Shown: piece by piece, positions 19,802-28,547 of the stretch | Layout of the letters: every line of letters starts with the position of its first letter | How positions within the stretch are numbered: the first letter of the stretch is position 1 | Origin: Longimicrobiales bacterium | GTDB taxonomy: Bacteria; Gemmatimonadota; Gemmatimonadetes; Longimicrobiales; Gaopeijiaceae | Length of the DNA stretch: 64,000 bases | NCBI GenBank assembly: GCA_965249725.1 | Contig: OZ252251.1 | Location: 480,001 to 544,000 of the forward strand | Reading direction: 5' to 3' | The notes under the pieces: generated by a model | What the model saw: only the letters and a program-made list of their open reading frames with translations | The model's database searches: none | What the model was told of the DNA's origin: nothing | Translations under genes and position numbers: made by a program

Positions 19802-21837
19802 TCGCGGAACTGCTGCGCGCCGTGCTGCCGAGCCTCGGGCAGCTCGAAGAGCGCCAGTCCGAAGGCGCCCTGGACGACTTCTGGTACACACCGGCGTGGA
19901 TGCACGGGCGCGGCGGCAAGGTCCAGAGTCCGGAGGACGCACTAGGCCTATCGGCATGGTGGAACGCGATCGCGATCATCGCGGGCACCATGGGCTCACT
20001 GCCTCTGAAGCTGTACAGGAAGGAGGGCGAGCGGCGGGTCGCGGTGCGCGACGATCCACGCTACCGGCTGATGTTCCGGCGTCCGAACGGCTGGCAGACG
20101 GCATTCGAGTGGCGCGAGATGGCGCAGGGCCACCTGCTCGTGCGCGGCAACCACTACTCGCGGATCATACGAGATCAGCTTGGCCGTCCGGTTGCGATCG
20201 TTCCGCTGCATCCCGATCGGGTGCAGCCGGAGGTCCGGGGCGGCGAGATCGCCTACCGGTTCCGTGCACCGAACGGTGGCGACGAGCTCATCCGAATGCG
20301 GGACATGCTCCACCTGCGGGGTCTCGGATCGAACGGGGTCACGGGCTACTCCGTGGTGGCGGTCGCGCGCGAGTCGCTCGGCTACTCGCTACAGCTTGAG
20401 CGGTTCGGCTCGCAGTTCATCGAGAACAAGGGCCGGCCGGGCGGGATCCTGCAATCGGACGAGGTGCTACAGAAGGAGCAGAGGCGCGAGCTCGGCGAGC
20501 AGTGGGACCGGATGTTCCAGGGCGGCGGCCTAGGCAAGACGGCGGTGATCGACTCGGGTCTCAAGTGGCAGCAGGTCGGGTTCTCGAACGAGGACGCGCA
20601 GTGGCTCGGCAGCCGCAGTCACCAGGTGACCGAGATCGCGCGCTGGACGAACCTGCCGCCGCACTTCCTGAAGGATCTCACGCGGGCAACGTTCTCGAAC
20701 ATCGAGGAACAGGCGATCGAGTTCGTCGTCCACACGATACGTCCGTGGGCAGAGCGCTGGGAACAGCGGCTCGACTGCATGCTCCTGAGCGAGGCGGAGC
20801 AGGGCGAGTTCGGGTTCAAGTTCTCGCTCGAAGCGCTGCTTCGCGGCGACGCCGCGAGCCGCGGCGCGTTCTACCAGCTGCTGTTCAACATGGGCGCGAT
20901 CACCCCGAACGAGATCCGTGCGAAGGAAGAGATGAACCCGCACCGGGCGGGTGGCGATCAGGCGTTCGTACAGGTGAACCTGATGCCGCTGGATCAGGCG
21001 GCCGAGCCGTTCGCTGCGGTGGACAGTAGCCTCGATCGAGCGTTGGGTGGGACCGAAGAGGCACGGGTCCTAGCGGCTCCCGCTGCAGAGAGCTTCGAGG
21101 AACGCTCGGTGCGTTCGGTCGCATCCAGACGCCGGATCATGAACACGTACCAGCGGCTCATGGAGGATGCGGCGGGCCGCATCGTCCACCGTGAAGTGCA
21201 GGATCTGCGGCGGATCCTGGACGCGGTGGACGATGGCGATGTGGATGAGTTCCTGCGGCGTCTGGACATCTTCGCGGAGGGCCTGCCGCCGGCGGTTCGC
21301 ACCATCATGGGTCCGGTACTGGCCACCTACATCGACCTGGTCGCCGCCGACGCATCGGATGAGGTCGAGCTCGAAGAGGTCCCCCAGGAGTCCGTTGACA
21401 GATTCCGCTCATCCTACGTCGAGAGATTGGCGGCCGGCCACACGTCGGAGACGGTTGGCAGGCTGCGGAACACGGCACTCGAGACGCAGGGCGACGCGTT
21501 CGCCAACGTGCACCGGATGCTGGACCGTTGGGAGGAGAACCGGGCCGCCGAGATAGGGCTGCGCCATGTGGTGGCGGCCGGGGCGGGTGCGGCGCGCATG
21601 ATCTACACCATGGGCAGGTTCGACACGGTGTGGGTCACGGTCGGCGACAGCTGCCCGTACTGCCGCAAGCTCGCAGGCCGGGCCGTAGGTCCCGGCGAGC
21701 GGTTCCTGAACGCGGGCGACTCGATCGACCCGGAGGACGGCGAGAGCGAGCCGCTCACGGTACGGCGCGCGATCGGCCATCCACCGGCACACAGTGGCTG
21801 CGACTGCACCGTGGCTTCACGGAGGAGGATCATCTGA
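19798..21837 (+). CDS. HK97-family portal with fused MuF/minor-head-like C-terminus
   Basis: LHPDRV, ATFSNIEEQ, TPNEIR; extension with CPYC..HPPAHSGCDC. Confidence 0.9.
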   Translation: MIAELLRAVLPSLGQLEERQSEGALDDFWYTPAWMHGRGGKVQSPEDALGLSAWWNAIAIIAGTMGSLPLKLYRKEGERRVAVRDDPRYRLMFRRPNGWQTAFEWREMAQGHLLVRGNHYSRIIRDQLGRPVAIVPLHPDRVQPEVRGGEIAYRFRAPNGGDELIRMRDMLHLRGLGSNGVTGYSVVAVARESLGYSLQLERFGSQFIENKGRPGGILQSDEVLQKEQRRELGEQWDRMFQGGGLGKTAVIDSGLKWQQVGFSNEDAQWLGSRSHQVTEIARWTNLPPHFLKDLTRATFSNIEEQAIEFVVHTIRPWAERWEQRLDCMLLSEAEQGEFGFKFSLEALLRGDAASRGAFYQLLFNMGAITPNEIRAKEEMNPHRAGGDQAFVQVNLMPLDQAAEPFAAVDSSLDRALGGTEEARVLAAPAAESFEERSVRSVASRRRIMNTYQRLMEDAAGRIVHREVQDLRRILDAVDDGDVDEFLRRLDIFAEGLPPAVRTIMGPVLATYIDLVAADASDEVELEEVPQESVDRFRSSYVERLAAGHTSETVGRLRNTALETQGDAFANVHRMLDRWEENRAAEIGLRHVVAAGAGAARMIYTMGRFDTVWVTVGDSCPYCRKLAGRAVGPGERFLNAGDSIDPEDGESEPLTVRRAIGHPPAHSGCDCTVASRRRII

Positions 21838-22487
21838 TGGAGATGGAAATCAGGCGTCTCGAACACTATCCCGGCGCGCTGTGCGAGATCAGGGCCGGCG
21901 ATGAGGGTGACTCGCCGAAGCTCGCCGGGCTCGGCGCGCCCTACGGGGTCTGGTCGGAGGACTTGGGCGGCGGGTTCGGGAAGTTCCGTGAGCGTTTCGA
22001 GGTCGGCGCATTCCGTTCATCGGTCGCGGCCGACGACATCCGGGCGCTTTATAACCACGAGTCGGGCCAGGTGCTCGGCCGCGTGAGCGCCGGAACGCTG
22101 CGGCTGAACGAGACGGAGAGGGGCATCGAATACGAGATCGACCTGCCGGATACGAGCTTTGCGCGTGACCTGGCGGTCTCCGTCGAGCGGAAGGACGTGA
22201 CGGGCAACTCGTTCGGGTTCACGGTCCCGGATCCGGATACGGACCAGCACTGGGAGGAACGCGACGGCACGGTATGGCGGACGATCACACGGGCCAAGAT
22301 GCTCGAGCTCGGGCCCCAGCCGTTCCCTGCTTATCCGCAGACCGACGTCGAGAATCGATCGCTACGCTCCGTGCTCGAGCAGGCGAGGCGGGCGCTCGGG
22401 CCGCAGGGAACGTCAGCTGAGTTGGCGCTTCGGTTGCTCGAGCTCGATGAGGAGGACGCGGCGCTATATCTTGCGGAAGGGATCTGA
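21837..22487 (+). CDS. HK97-family prohead protease
   Basis: SEDLGG.FRE, ALYNHE, SFGF, FPAYPQT. Confidence 0.92.
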   Translation: MEMEIRRLEHYPGALCEIRAGDEGDSPKLAGLGAPYGVWSEDLGGGFGKFRERFEVGAFRSSVAADDIRALYNHESGQVLGRVSAGTLRLNETERGIEYEIDLPDTSFARDLAVSVERKDVTGNSFGFTVPDPDTDQHWEERDGTVWRTITRAKMLELGPQPFPAYPQTDVENRSLRSVLEQARRALGPQGTSAELALRLLELDEEDAALYLAEGI

Positions 22488-22584
22488 ATGCACCACGACA
22501 TCCGGTGTCCAGTAGCCCAGGGGGGTTGACCTTTTCTTGAGAGCAGGTTAGAGGTTAGAGGACAATCGAAGGTAGGTGTCCGAG

Positions 22585-22900
22585 CTACGGCCCAAGGGCC
22601 TGGGCTCGAGGGACATCCGGTAGGACAGGCAGAACGCAGCGAGAGACGTTCGGGCGGGCCCGGCGGTGAGCTGCAGCGGTAAGTGGTAAGAACGGTGCCT
22701 GATCTACGGCCAGCGGGCCTGGGTCCCACGAAGCATCCGGTAGCGCGGACATGACGCAGCGAGAGACGCTCGGGCGGGCCCGGCGGTGAGTTGCCGACAC
22801 GACCACGGAATAGGCCGTGGTGTCGGTGGCTTCTATGCCAGGCTGGCCCGGTTTTCGTTTGAGGCCCCATCCGGCACCACACAGCCGGAGGGGCTTTTCA
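22585..22900 (+). ncRNA. putative tandem structured leader RNA of the capsid gene
   Basis: Two ~90-nt units (22585-22674, 22704-22794) with stem-compatible differences, then terminator and RBS hairpin. Confidence 0.55.
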
Positions 22901-22901
22901 A

Positions 22902-24272
22902 ATGAATCGGGAACAACTGCTAAGGCGCTACGAGGAGCTCGGCGCCGAGATCCGGGCGCTCATTACCGAGGCCCCCGAGGGGGTGATCGACGAGGAGCGC
23001 CAGTCCCAGATCGAGGAGCTGAAGGCAACCCGCAAGGGTGTGTTCGCATCGATCCAGGAGCTGGACGCACTCGAGACGGAAGCGCGGGAGCTGGGCACGC
23101 CCCGGAGCTCTGCAGGCCCGGGAGACGGTCTAGCGCCGGGCGACGAGCAGGCGGACACACGCGCGGTCCGGGTCGGGCAACCCCGTGAGGGCGAGGCGCC
23201 GTTCGGGTCGTTCGGCGAGCAGCTGCGAGCTGTAGCGGCGGCGTTCTCGCCGGGCGGCAGTGAATCGATCGATCCGCGGCTACTCCGGGTCCATGAGGAA
23301 GAGAGCGAACGGCGGGCTGCGACGGGGATGTCGCAGACCGATCCGTCGTCGGCGGGCTACCTGGTGGCGCCCGAGTTCTCGCAGCTGATCTTCGACGGTC
23401 TGAAGGAGGACTCCGAGGCGCTGATCGGGCTGACCGACCAGCAGCGGGTGACCGGCGAGTCGCTGACGTTCAACGCGAACGCCGAGACGTCGCGCGCTAC
23501 GGGCTCGAGGTGGGGCGGCGTCCAGGGCTACTGGATCGCGGAAGCGGACGAGATCGCGTCGAGCCGTCCGAAGTTCCGGCAGGTGAAGATCGAGCCGCAC
23601 GAGCTCGCGGTACTGGTCTACACGACGGACAAGCTGCTCCGCAACTCGCCCGCCTCACTCGGCCAGCACGTCGAGCGTGCGGCCCGCGACGAGATCAACT
23701 TCATGACCGGTGACGCGATCGTGAACGGCTCGGGTGCGGGCAAGCCGCTCGGGATCCTGCAGTCAGGCTCACTGATCACGATCTCGAAGGAGACCTCGCA
23801 GGAGACAGCCACGATCGTCCACGCGAACATCTCGAAGATGTGGGCGCGGCTCCATCCGCGCTCGCGTGCGAGGGCCGTGTGGCTGCACAACGTGGACATC
23901 GAGCCTGAGCTCGACAACCTGTTCATGCCCGTGACGAACGTGGCGGGCGCAGAGAACGTGGGCGGGCTCACGAACCTGCTGTTCAACCAGGGGCAGCGCA
24001 CGCTGAAGGGCCGTCCGCTGATCGCGTCCGAGTACTGCGCGACGCTCGGCGCCATGGGCGACCTCATCCTCTGGGATCCGACGGCCTACCTGACCGGGAT
24101 CCGCGAAGGGATCCGGACCGCGATGTCCATGCACGTCCGGTTCGTCTACGCGGAGACCGCTTTCCGCTTCATGTACGAGATCGACGGCCAGCCGTGGCTC
24201 AACGCGGCGCTCACACCGTTCAACGGCTCGAACACGCTGAGCACGCACGTCGCACTCGCAGCGCGCTCCTAA
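22902..24272 (+). CDS. major capsid protein (HK97 fold, N-terminal delta domain)
   Basis: GYLVAPEFS, NGSGAGKPLGIL, TAFRF..DGQPW. Confidence 0.93.
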   Translation: MNREQLLRRYEELGAEIRALITEAPEGVIDEERQSQIEELKATRKGVFASIQELDALETEARELGTPRSSAGPGDGLAPGDEQADTRAVRVGQPREGEAPFGSFGEQLRAVAAAFSPGGSESIDPRLLRVHEEESERRAATGMSQTDPSSAGYLVAPEFSQLIFDGLKEDSEALIGLTDQQRVTGESLTFNANAETSRATGSRWGGVQGYWIAEADEIASSRPKFRQVKIEPHELAVLVYTTDKLLRNSPASLGQHVERAARDEINFMTGDAIVNGSGAGKPLGILQSGSLITISKETSQETATIVHANISKMWARLHPRSRARAVWLHNVDIEPELDNLFMPVTNVAGAENVGGLTNLLFNQGQRTLKGRPLIASEYCATLGAMGDLILWDPTAYLTGIREGIRTAMSMHVRFVYAETAFRFMYEIDGQPWLNAALTPFNGSNTLSTHVALAARS

Positions 24273-24289
24273 AGGGGAGGACTGGAACC

Positions 24290-24787
24290 ATGGCTGAGAA
24301 GTTTCTGCAACACGCGACGATCGAGTCCGCGTTCGTGCCTGTGGACATGTCCACGGCGGCGAACACGGGGGACTGGGTCGGGCTGGAGAACTACGAACGT
24401 GTGGTCGCTGTGCTCTTCGGTGCCGTCGGCACCGCAGGCGACGATCCTGCGTTCAAGCTGCAGCAGGCGACGGACGCCTCGGGCACGGGCGCGAAGGATC
24501 TGGAGTTCACGACGATCCACGAGAAGGTCGGCACGCTGACGGATGTGACGGCCTGGACCCGTACGTCACAGGCTGCGGGCACGAGCTACACGAACGCGGC
24601 CAGCGCCGAGAGCCAGAAGCTCATCGCCGTCGAGGTGCAGGCGGACGAGCTCGACGTCGATGGCGGGTTCACGCACATCCAACTGAGCGTGGCGGAGGTG
24701 GGCGACAATGGCCAGATCGGCTGCGGGTTCTACATCCTGCTCGAGCCGCGCTATCCGCAGGCGAGCGTCGAGAGCGCACTGGCCTAA
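24290..24787 (+). CDS. probable capsid decoration protein
   Basis: Strong RBS, position after MCP, beta-rich. Confidence 0.6.
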   Translation: MAEKFLQHATIESAFVPVDMSTAANTGDWVGLENYERVVAVLFGAVGTAGDDPAFKLQQATDASGTGAKDLEFTTIHEKVGTLTDVTAWTRTSQAAGTSYTNAASAESQKLIAVEVQADELDVDGGFTHIQLSVAEVGDNGQIGCGFYILLEPRYPQASVESALA

Positions 24788-25086
24788 TGCGAGTGCTCAT
24801 GAGACACGGCTCGAAGCGGGGCCAGGTCCACGAGGTGCCGCTGCATGTGGCGCGCCGGATGCTGGATGCCGGTGTCGCGGAGCGGGTCCGCGACGATCTG
24901 CGGATCACCGACATCGAGCGGGCCGTGCACACGGTGCCCGAGACGGCCGAGACGCCGGATCTGGCGGGTCTCACGATCCGGCAGCTGGCCGAGATCGCTG
25001 CGGCCCGTGGGATCGTGGTGAGCCGGGGCGACGGCAAGGCGGGTCGACCGACGCGGGCGGACTATGTGCGTCACCTGGGAGCGTGA
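24787..25086 (+). CDS. small virion-morphogenesis protein (Rho_N/HeH-like C-term)
   Basis: LTIRQLAEIAAARGI. Confidence 0.6.
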   Translation: MRVLMRHGSKRGQVHEVPLHVARRMLDAGVAERVRDDLRITDIERAVHTVPETAETPDLAGLTIRQLAEIAAARGIVVSRGDGKAGRPTRADYVRHLGA

Positions 25087-25668
25087 ATGGACTACGCGAT
25101 CTCGGGAGTGACCCGAGTGGGAGCGAAGGAACCGCTGGAGCCCGAGGAAGCGAAGGCGCACCTGAAGCTCGACGGGACGGACGACGACGACCTGATCAAG
25201 GCCATGATCCCAGCGGTCGCCGGGTCCGTCGAAGACGTGCAGGCGCGGGTGTTCAGGAAGGGCACGATCGAGCTCTGGCTGCCGGGCTGGCCCGAGAGCG
25301 GCGTCATCCGGATACCGCGCTTTCCGCTCGTGAGCGTGGACGCGGTCGAGTACCTGAAGGCGGGCGAAGTCGGCTGGACCACGTATCCGGCGTCGAACTA
25401 CCGGGTGCTCACGGACCGGACGCCGCCGCGGATCGTGCTGAAGAAGGACGCGCGCTGGCCCACGGCCAGCCTCGAGGCCGGCGACGCGGTCAGGGTGAGC
25501 TTCACGGCCGGATACGAGGACGGGAAAGTCCCCGAGAAGGCGAAGCAGACGATCAGGCTCCTGCTCGGGCATTGGTACGAGAACCGTGGCGCGGTCGAGG
25601 TCGGCACGGCCGCCACCACGATCCCCGACAGCTACCGGGCGCTCGTGCTGAGTGACCGGCTGTGGTGA
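25087..25668 (+). CDS. head-tail connector (gp6-like)
   Basis: EAKAHLKLD, FTAGY, LLGHWYENR. Confidence 0.9.
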   Translation: MDYAISGVTRVGAKEPLEPEEAKAHLKLDGTDDDDLIKAMIPAVAGSVEDVQARVFRKGTIELWLPGWPESGVIRIPRFPLVSVDAVEYLKAGEVGWTTYPASNYRVLTDRTPPRIVLKKDARWPTASLEAGDAVRVSFTAGYEDGKVPEKAKQTIRLLLGHWYENRGAVEVGTAATTIPDSYRALVLSDRLW

Positions 25669-25991
25669 GGATTGGGGCGCTGGATCGCCGGATCGAGCTG
25701 CAGCGCTTCACGCTGACGATGGACGGCGATCCGACGAGCGGCGCCTGGGTGACGGTCCACACGGTGTGGGCCGAGAAGATGGACAAGGGCGGTGCGGAGA
25801 AGTTCGTGAGCGCGGCGGAGATCGCGGAGGCAACTGCGGTCTACCGGATCCGCTACCTGGCGGACGTGGATCCGAGCTGGCGGCTGAAGCATGGAGGCGA
25901 CCTGTGGGACATCGAGGGGACGGTCGAGGGGGCGGGCCGCAAACGTGAGACGCTGCTCCTTGTGAGCCGTCACGATCCGGGAGATCGCTAG
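25662..25991 (+). CDS. head closure / head-tail adaptor
   Basis: GALDRRIELQ, TVWA, IRY. Confidence 0.88.
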   Translation: MVRIGALDRRIELQRFTLTMDGDPTSGAWVTVHTVWAEKMDKGGAEKFVSAAEIAEATAVYRIRYLADVDPSWRLKHGGDLWDIEGTVEGAGRKRETLLLVSRHDPGDR

Positions 25992-26428
25992 TGGCCGAGG
26001 TGAGCGTACGCATCAGGGGCGAGAAGGACGTGATACGCCAGCTCAAGCGGGTCGAGGGCTCCGTGCGTGCCGAGCTGATCAAGGCGGAGTTGGAGGACGC
26101 GGCTGAGTTGGTTGTCGCGGATGCGAAGCGCCGGGCACCCTCATCCACGATCGCCGACGGGATCCAGGTCCTGAACACCGAGGTCGAGAGCAGCGGCAAG
26201 GTGACGACCGAGGTGGGCCTGGTTGGCGGCCGGAGGCCCTGGTTCTATGGGCTCTTCATCGAGTTCGGCACGGGACCACGCGTGCAGAAGACGACAGGCC
26301 GCCGGACGGGCTCGATGCCCGCGACGCCGTTCCTCAGGCCCGCGTTCGATGCCCAGAAATCCAACGTCGCCGCGCGCTTCAGTGCTGGTATCAAACGACG
26401 GCTCGCCGGGATCGCGAGTCGTGGCTGA
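25991..26428 (+). CDS. HK97 gp10-family protein
   Basis: FIEFGT, MPATPFLRPAFD. Confidence 0.9.
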   Translation: MAEVSVRIRGEKDVIRQLKRVEGSVRAELIKAELEDAAELVVADAKRRAPSSTIADGIQVLNTEVESSGKVTTEVGLVGGRRPWFYGLFIEFGTGPRVQKTTGRRTGSMPATPFLRPAFDAQKSNVAARFSAGIKRRLAGIASRG

Positions 26429-26825
26429 CCATGTGGCGGCGGTGCGTTCGCAGCTGCTCGCGCATGCCGGTACGGCGGCGCTCGTAGGGGACAGGGTATG
26501 GCACTCCGCGCTACCGCAGGAGGAGAAGGGCAAGCCCTACATGCCGGCCATCGTCGTCCAGCAGATCAGCGGCGTGGCCGAGCATGTGATGGGCGGCACG
26601 GCCGGGATCGTGAGCCTGCGCATCCAGGTCGATGTGTGGGCCAAGAACCGCCCTGACTGTCAGGCGCTCACCGAGCAGGTGAGGGCTGCGCTGCAGAGCT
26701 ACAGCGGCACGCACGGCGGCGTGACGCTGACGTTCGTGGGCACCTTCGAGGGTGCGCCCGCGTTGGATCCGGAAGCGAAGCTGTGGCGTGCGATACAGGA
26801 CTTCGAGCTATGGGGGAGCGAGTGA
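26421..26825 (+). CDS. tail terminator (DUF3168-like)
   Basis: ALVGDRVW, RIQVDVWA. Confidence 0.85.
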   Translation: MADHVAAVRSQLLAHAGTAALVGDRVWHSALPQEEKGKPYMPAIVVQQISGVAEHVMGGTAGIVSLRIQVDVWAKNRPDCQALTEQVRAALQSYSGTHGGVTLTFVGTFEGAPALDPEAKLWRAIQDFELWGSE

Positions 26826-26826
26826 T

Positions 26827-27540
26827 ATGGCCCAAGTGAAGCTAGACCAGAAGGTCTTTCTCGGTGGCTATGAACTGAGCACGCGGCATACTCAGGTCGC
26901 CGAGTCCGCCGAGATCGAGGAGCTCGACGCCACGACCTTCGGGTCGGACACGAAGATCGCCGAGCCGGGGCTCAAGGGTTACGGGCTGTCCGGTGAAGGG
27001 CTCTGGGCTGGCGGCGACCATGAGATCGACGACGTGCTCTTCGATCAGCAGCGCGCGCGCGACCTACCCGTCACGATCGCCGGGCTCGACGGCGAGGTGG
27101 GGAGCCCCGTCCGTTCCATGCTTGCCATGATCGGTAGCTACGAGTTCAGCGGCGGGCACGGCGAACTCATGACCGTCAGCTACGCACTCGGTGCGATGGA
27201 CGCGCCAGTTCACGGCCGCATCCTCCATAACGCCGAGGCCACGGGCGTTGTCACCGGAGAACCCGTCGAGCTCGGGGCCGTGGGCACCGGCCAGAAGATC
27301 CACGGCGTGCTCCACGTGTTCGCCGGTGACAGCGCGCTCACCGTCAAGATCCAGAGCGCGACCGACGAGGCGTTCACCACGCCCGTGAGCCGGATCGCCT
27401 TCGCCGCCGTCGCCACCGGCATCTCGCGTGCCTACCAGTGGGCCACGCCCGTCGTCGCGCCCGCTTCGCACACCTGGTGGCGGGCCACATCCGCCAACCG
27501 CAAAACCCGCCGTTTCGCGGTGATCGCAGCCATCCGATGA
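26827..27540 (+). CDS. tail tube-like protein with extra C-terminal domain
   Basis: Shares EELDA..GSDTKI.EPGLK and GGHGEL with next gene. Confidence 0.7.
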   Translation: MAQVKLDQKVFLGGYELSTRHTQVAESAEIEELDATTFGSDTKIAEPGLKGYGLSGEGLWAGGDHEIDDVLFDQQRARDLPVTIAGLDGEVGSPVRSMLAMIGSYEFSGGHGELMTVSYALGAMDAPVHGRILHNAEATGVVTGEPVELGAVGTGQKIHGVLHVFAGDSALTVKIQSATDEAFTTPVSRIAFAAVATGISRAYQWATPVVAPASHTWWRATSANRKTRRFAVIAAIR

Positions 27541-27562
27541 GGAAGAACTAGGAGAGAGATCC

Positions 27563-27973
27563 ATGCCACACGTGCTCACCAAAGCCTACCTGTCCGTCAA
27601 CTCGGTCGATTACTCGAGTTCCATCAAGTCGCTCAGCATGTCGATGTCCGTCGAGGAGCTCGACGCTTCGGTCATGGGCAGCGACACGAAGATCTCTGAA
27701 CCCGGCCTCAAGGAGTTCAGCCTACAGGCCGAGTTCCTCACCGACTTCGCAGCTTCCGGGCTCGACAAGAAGCTCTGGGACCTATGGGACGCACGCTCGA
27801 AGGTCCCCATCGAGGTCAGGCCCGATTCCGGAGCCGTCAGCACCTCCAACCCCAAGTACACGTTCAAAGGGTTCACCAGCAGCTTCGACGGGCTCGGCGG
27901 CGGCCACGGCGAGCTCGCCATGGCGAGCGTCACCATCAAGAACACCACCAAGCTCACTCGCGCCACTTCGTAA
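27563..27973 (+). CDS. major tail tube protein
   Basis: Size, position, VSTSNPKYT. Confidence 0.8.
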   Translation: MPHVLTKAYLSVNSVDYSSSIKSLSMSMSVEELDASVMGSDTKISEPGLKEFSLQAEFLTDFAASGLDKKLWDLWDARSKVPIEVRPDSGAVSTSNPKYTFKGFTSSFDGLGGGHGELAMASVTIKNTTKLTRATS

Positions 27974-27987
27974 GAGGGAGAGGTCCA

Positions 27988-28544
27988 ATGCCTGCAAAGA
28001 AGAAGCCACCGCTCGATAAGGCCGGCATCCTCGCGTTCGACGACCGGCCGATCGAGAAGTTCAAGGTGCCTGAGTGGGGCGGGCGCGAGGTGCGGCTCAG
28101 GGCGCCCAGCATGGGCGACATACTGCGCATCCAGAGCCTGGCCGAAGCGGAAGGCGGCCCCGAGCTCATACGGCTCGGCATGGTCGGTGAGGACGGCCTG
28201 CCGATCTTCGATGCCGCCGAAGTCGACCAGCTGATGAGCCGCAACGTCGGGGCGCTGAACCGGATCGCCACTCGGCTGGCCGAGATGGTCGGCGTCACCA
28301 CGACCGTGAGCGATGAAGCGGGAAACTGACGGCTCATCCCGCGCTCTACTTCGCGCACTTCCTCGCGCGGGAGCTCGGGATGAGCGTCAGCCAGCTGGGC
28401 CACTCGATGGGTTGGCCTGAGTTCATACGCTGGGCTGCGTTCTATGAACTCGAGGAGCGCGGCGACAGCGGCGGCGGGCACCGCGGACGAGCGCGCGGCA
28501 TGGCCCGTGAAGCGATCCGCCATACGCGGGGAGGTAGCGGCTAG
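27988..28544 (+). CDS. tail assembly chaperone G (27988-28329) and G-T by -1 frameshift
   Basis: GGGAAAC at 28320-28326 before TGA; -1 frame LARELGMSV..EFIRWAAFY open to 28544. Confidence 0.85.
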
Positions 28545-28547
28545 ACC

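Noticed and set aside
22585..22794. Glycine riboswitch, hammerhead ribozyme or tRNA
   Set aside because: Lacks CCGAAG/CUCUCAGG, CUGAUGA..GAAA and TTCGA cloverleaf signatures
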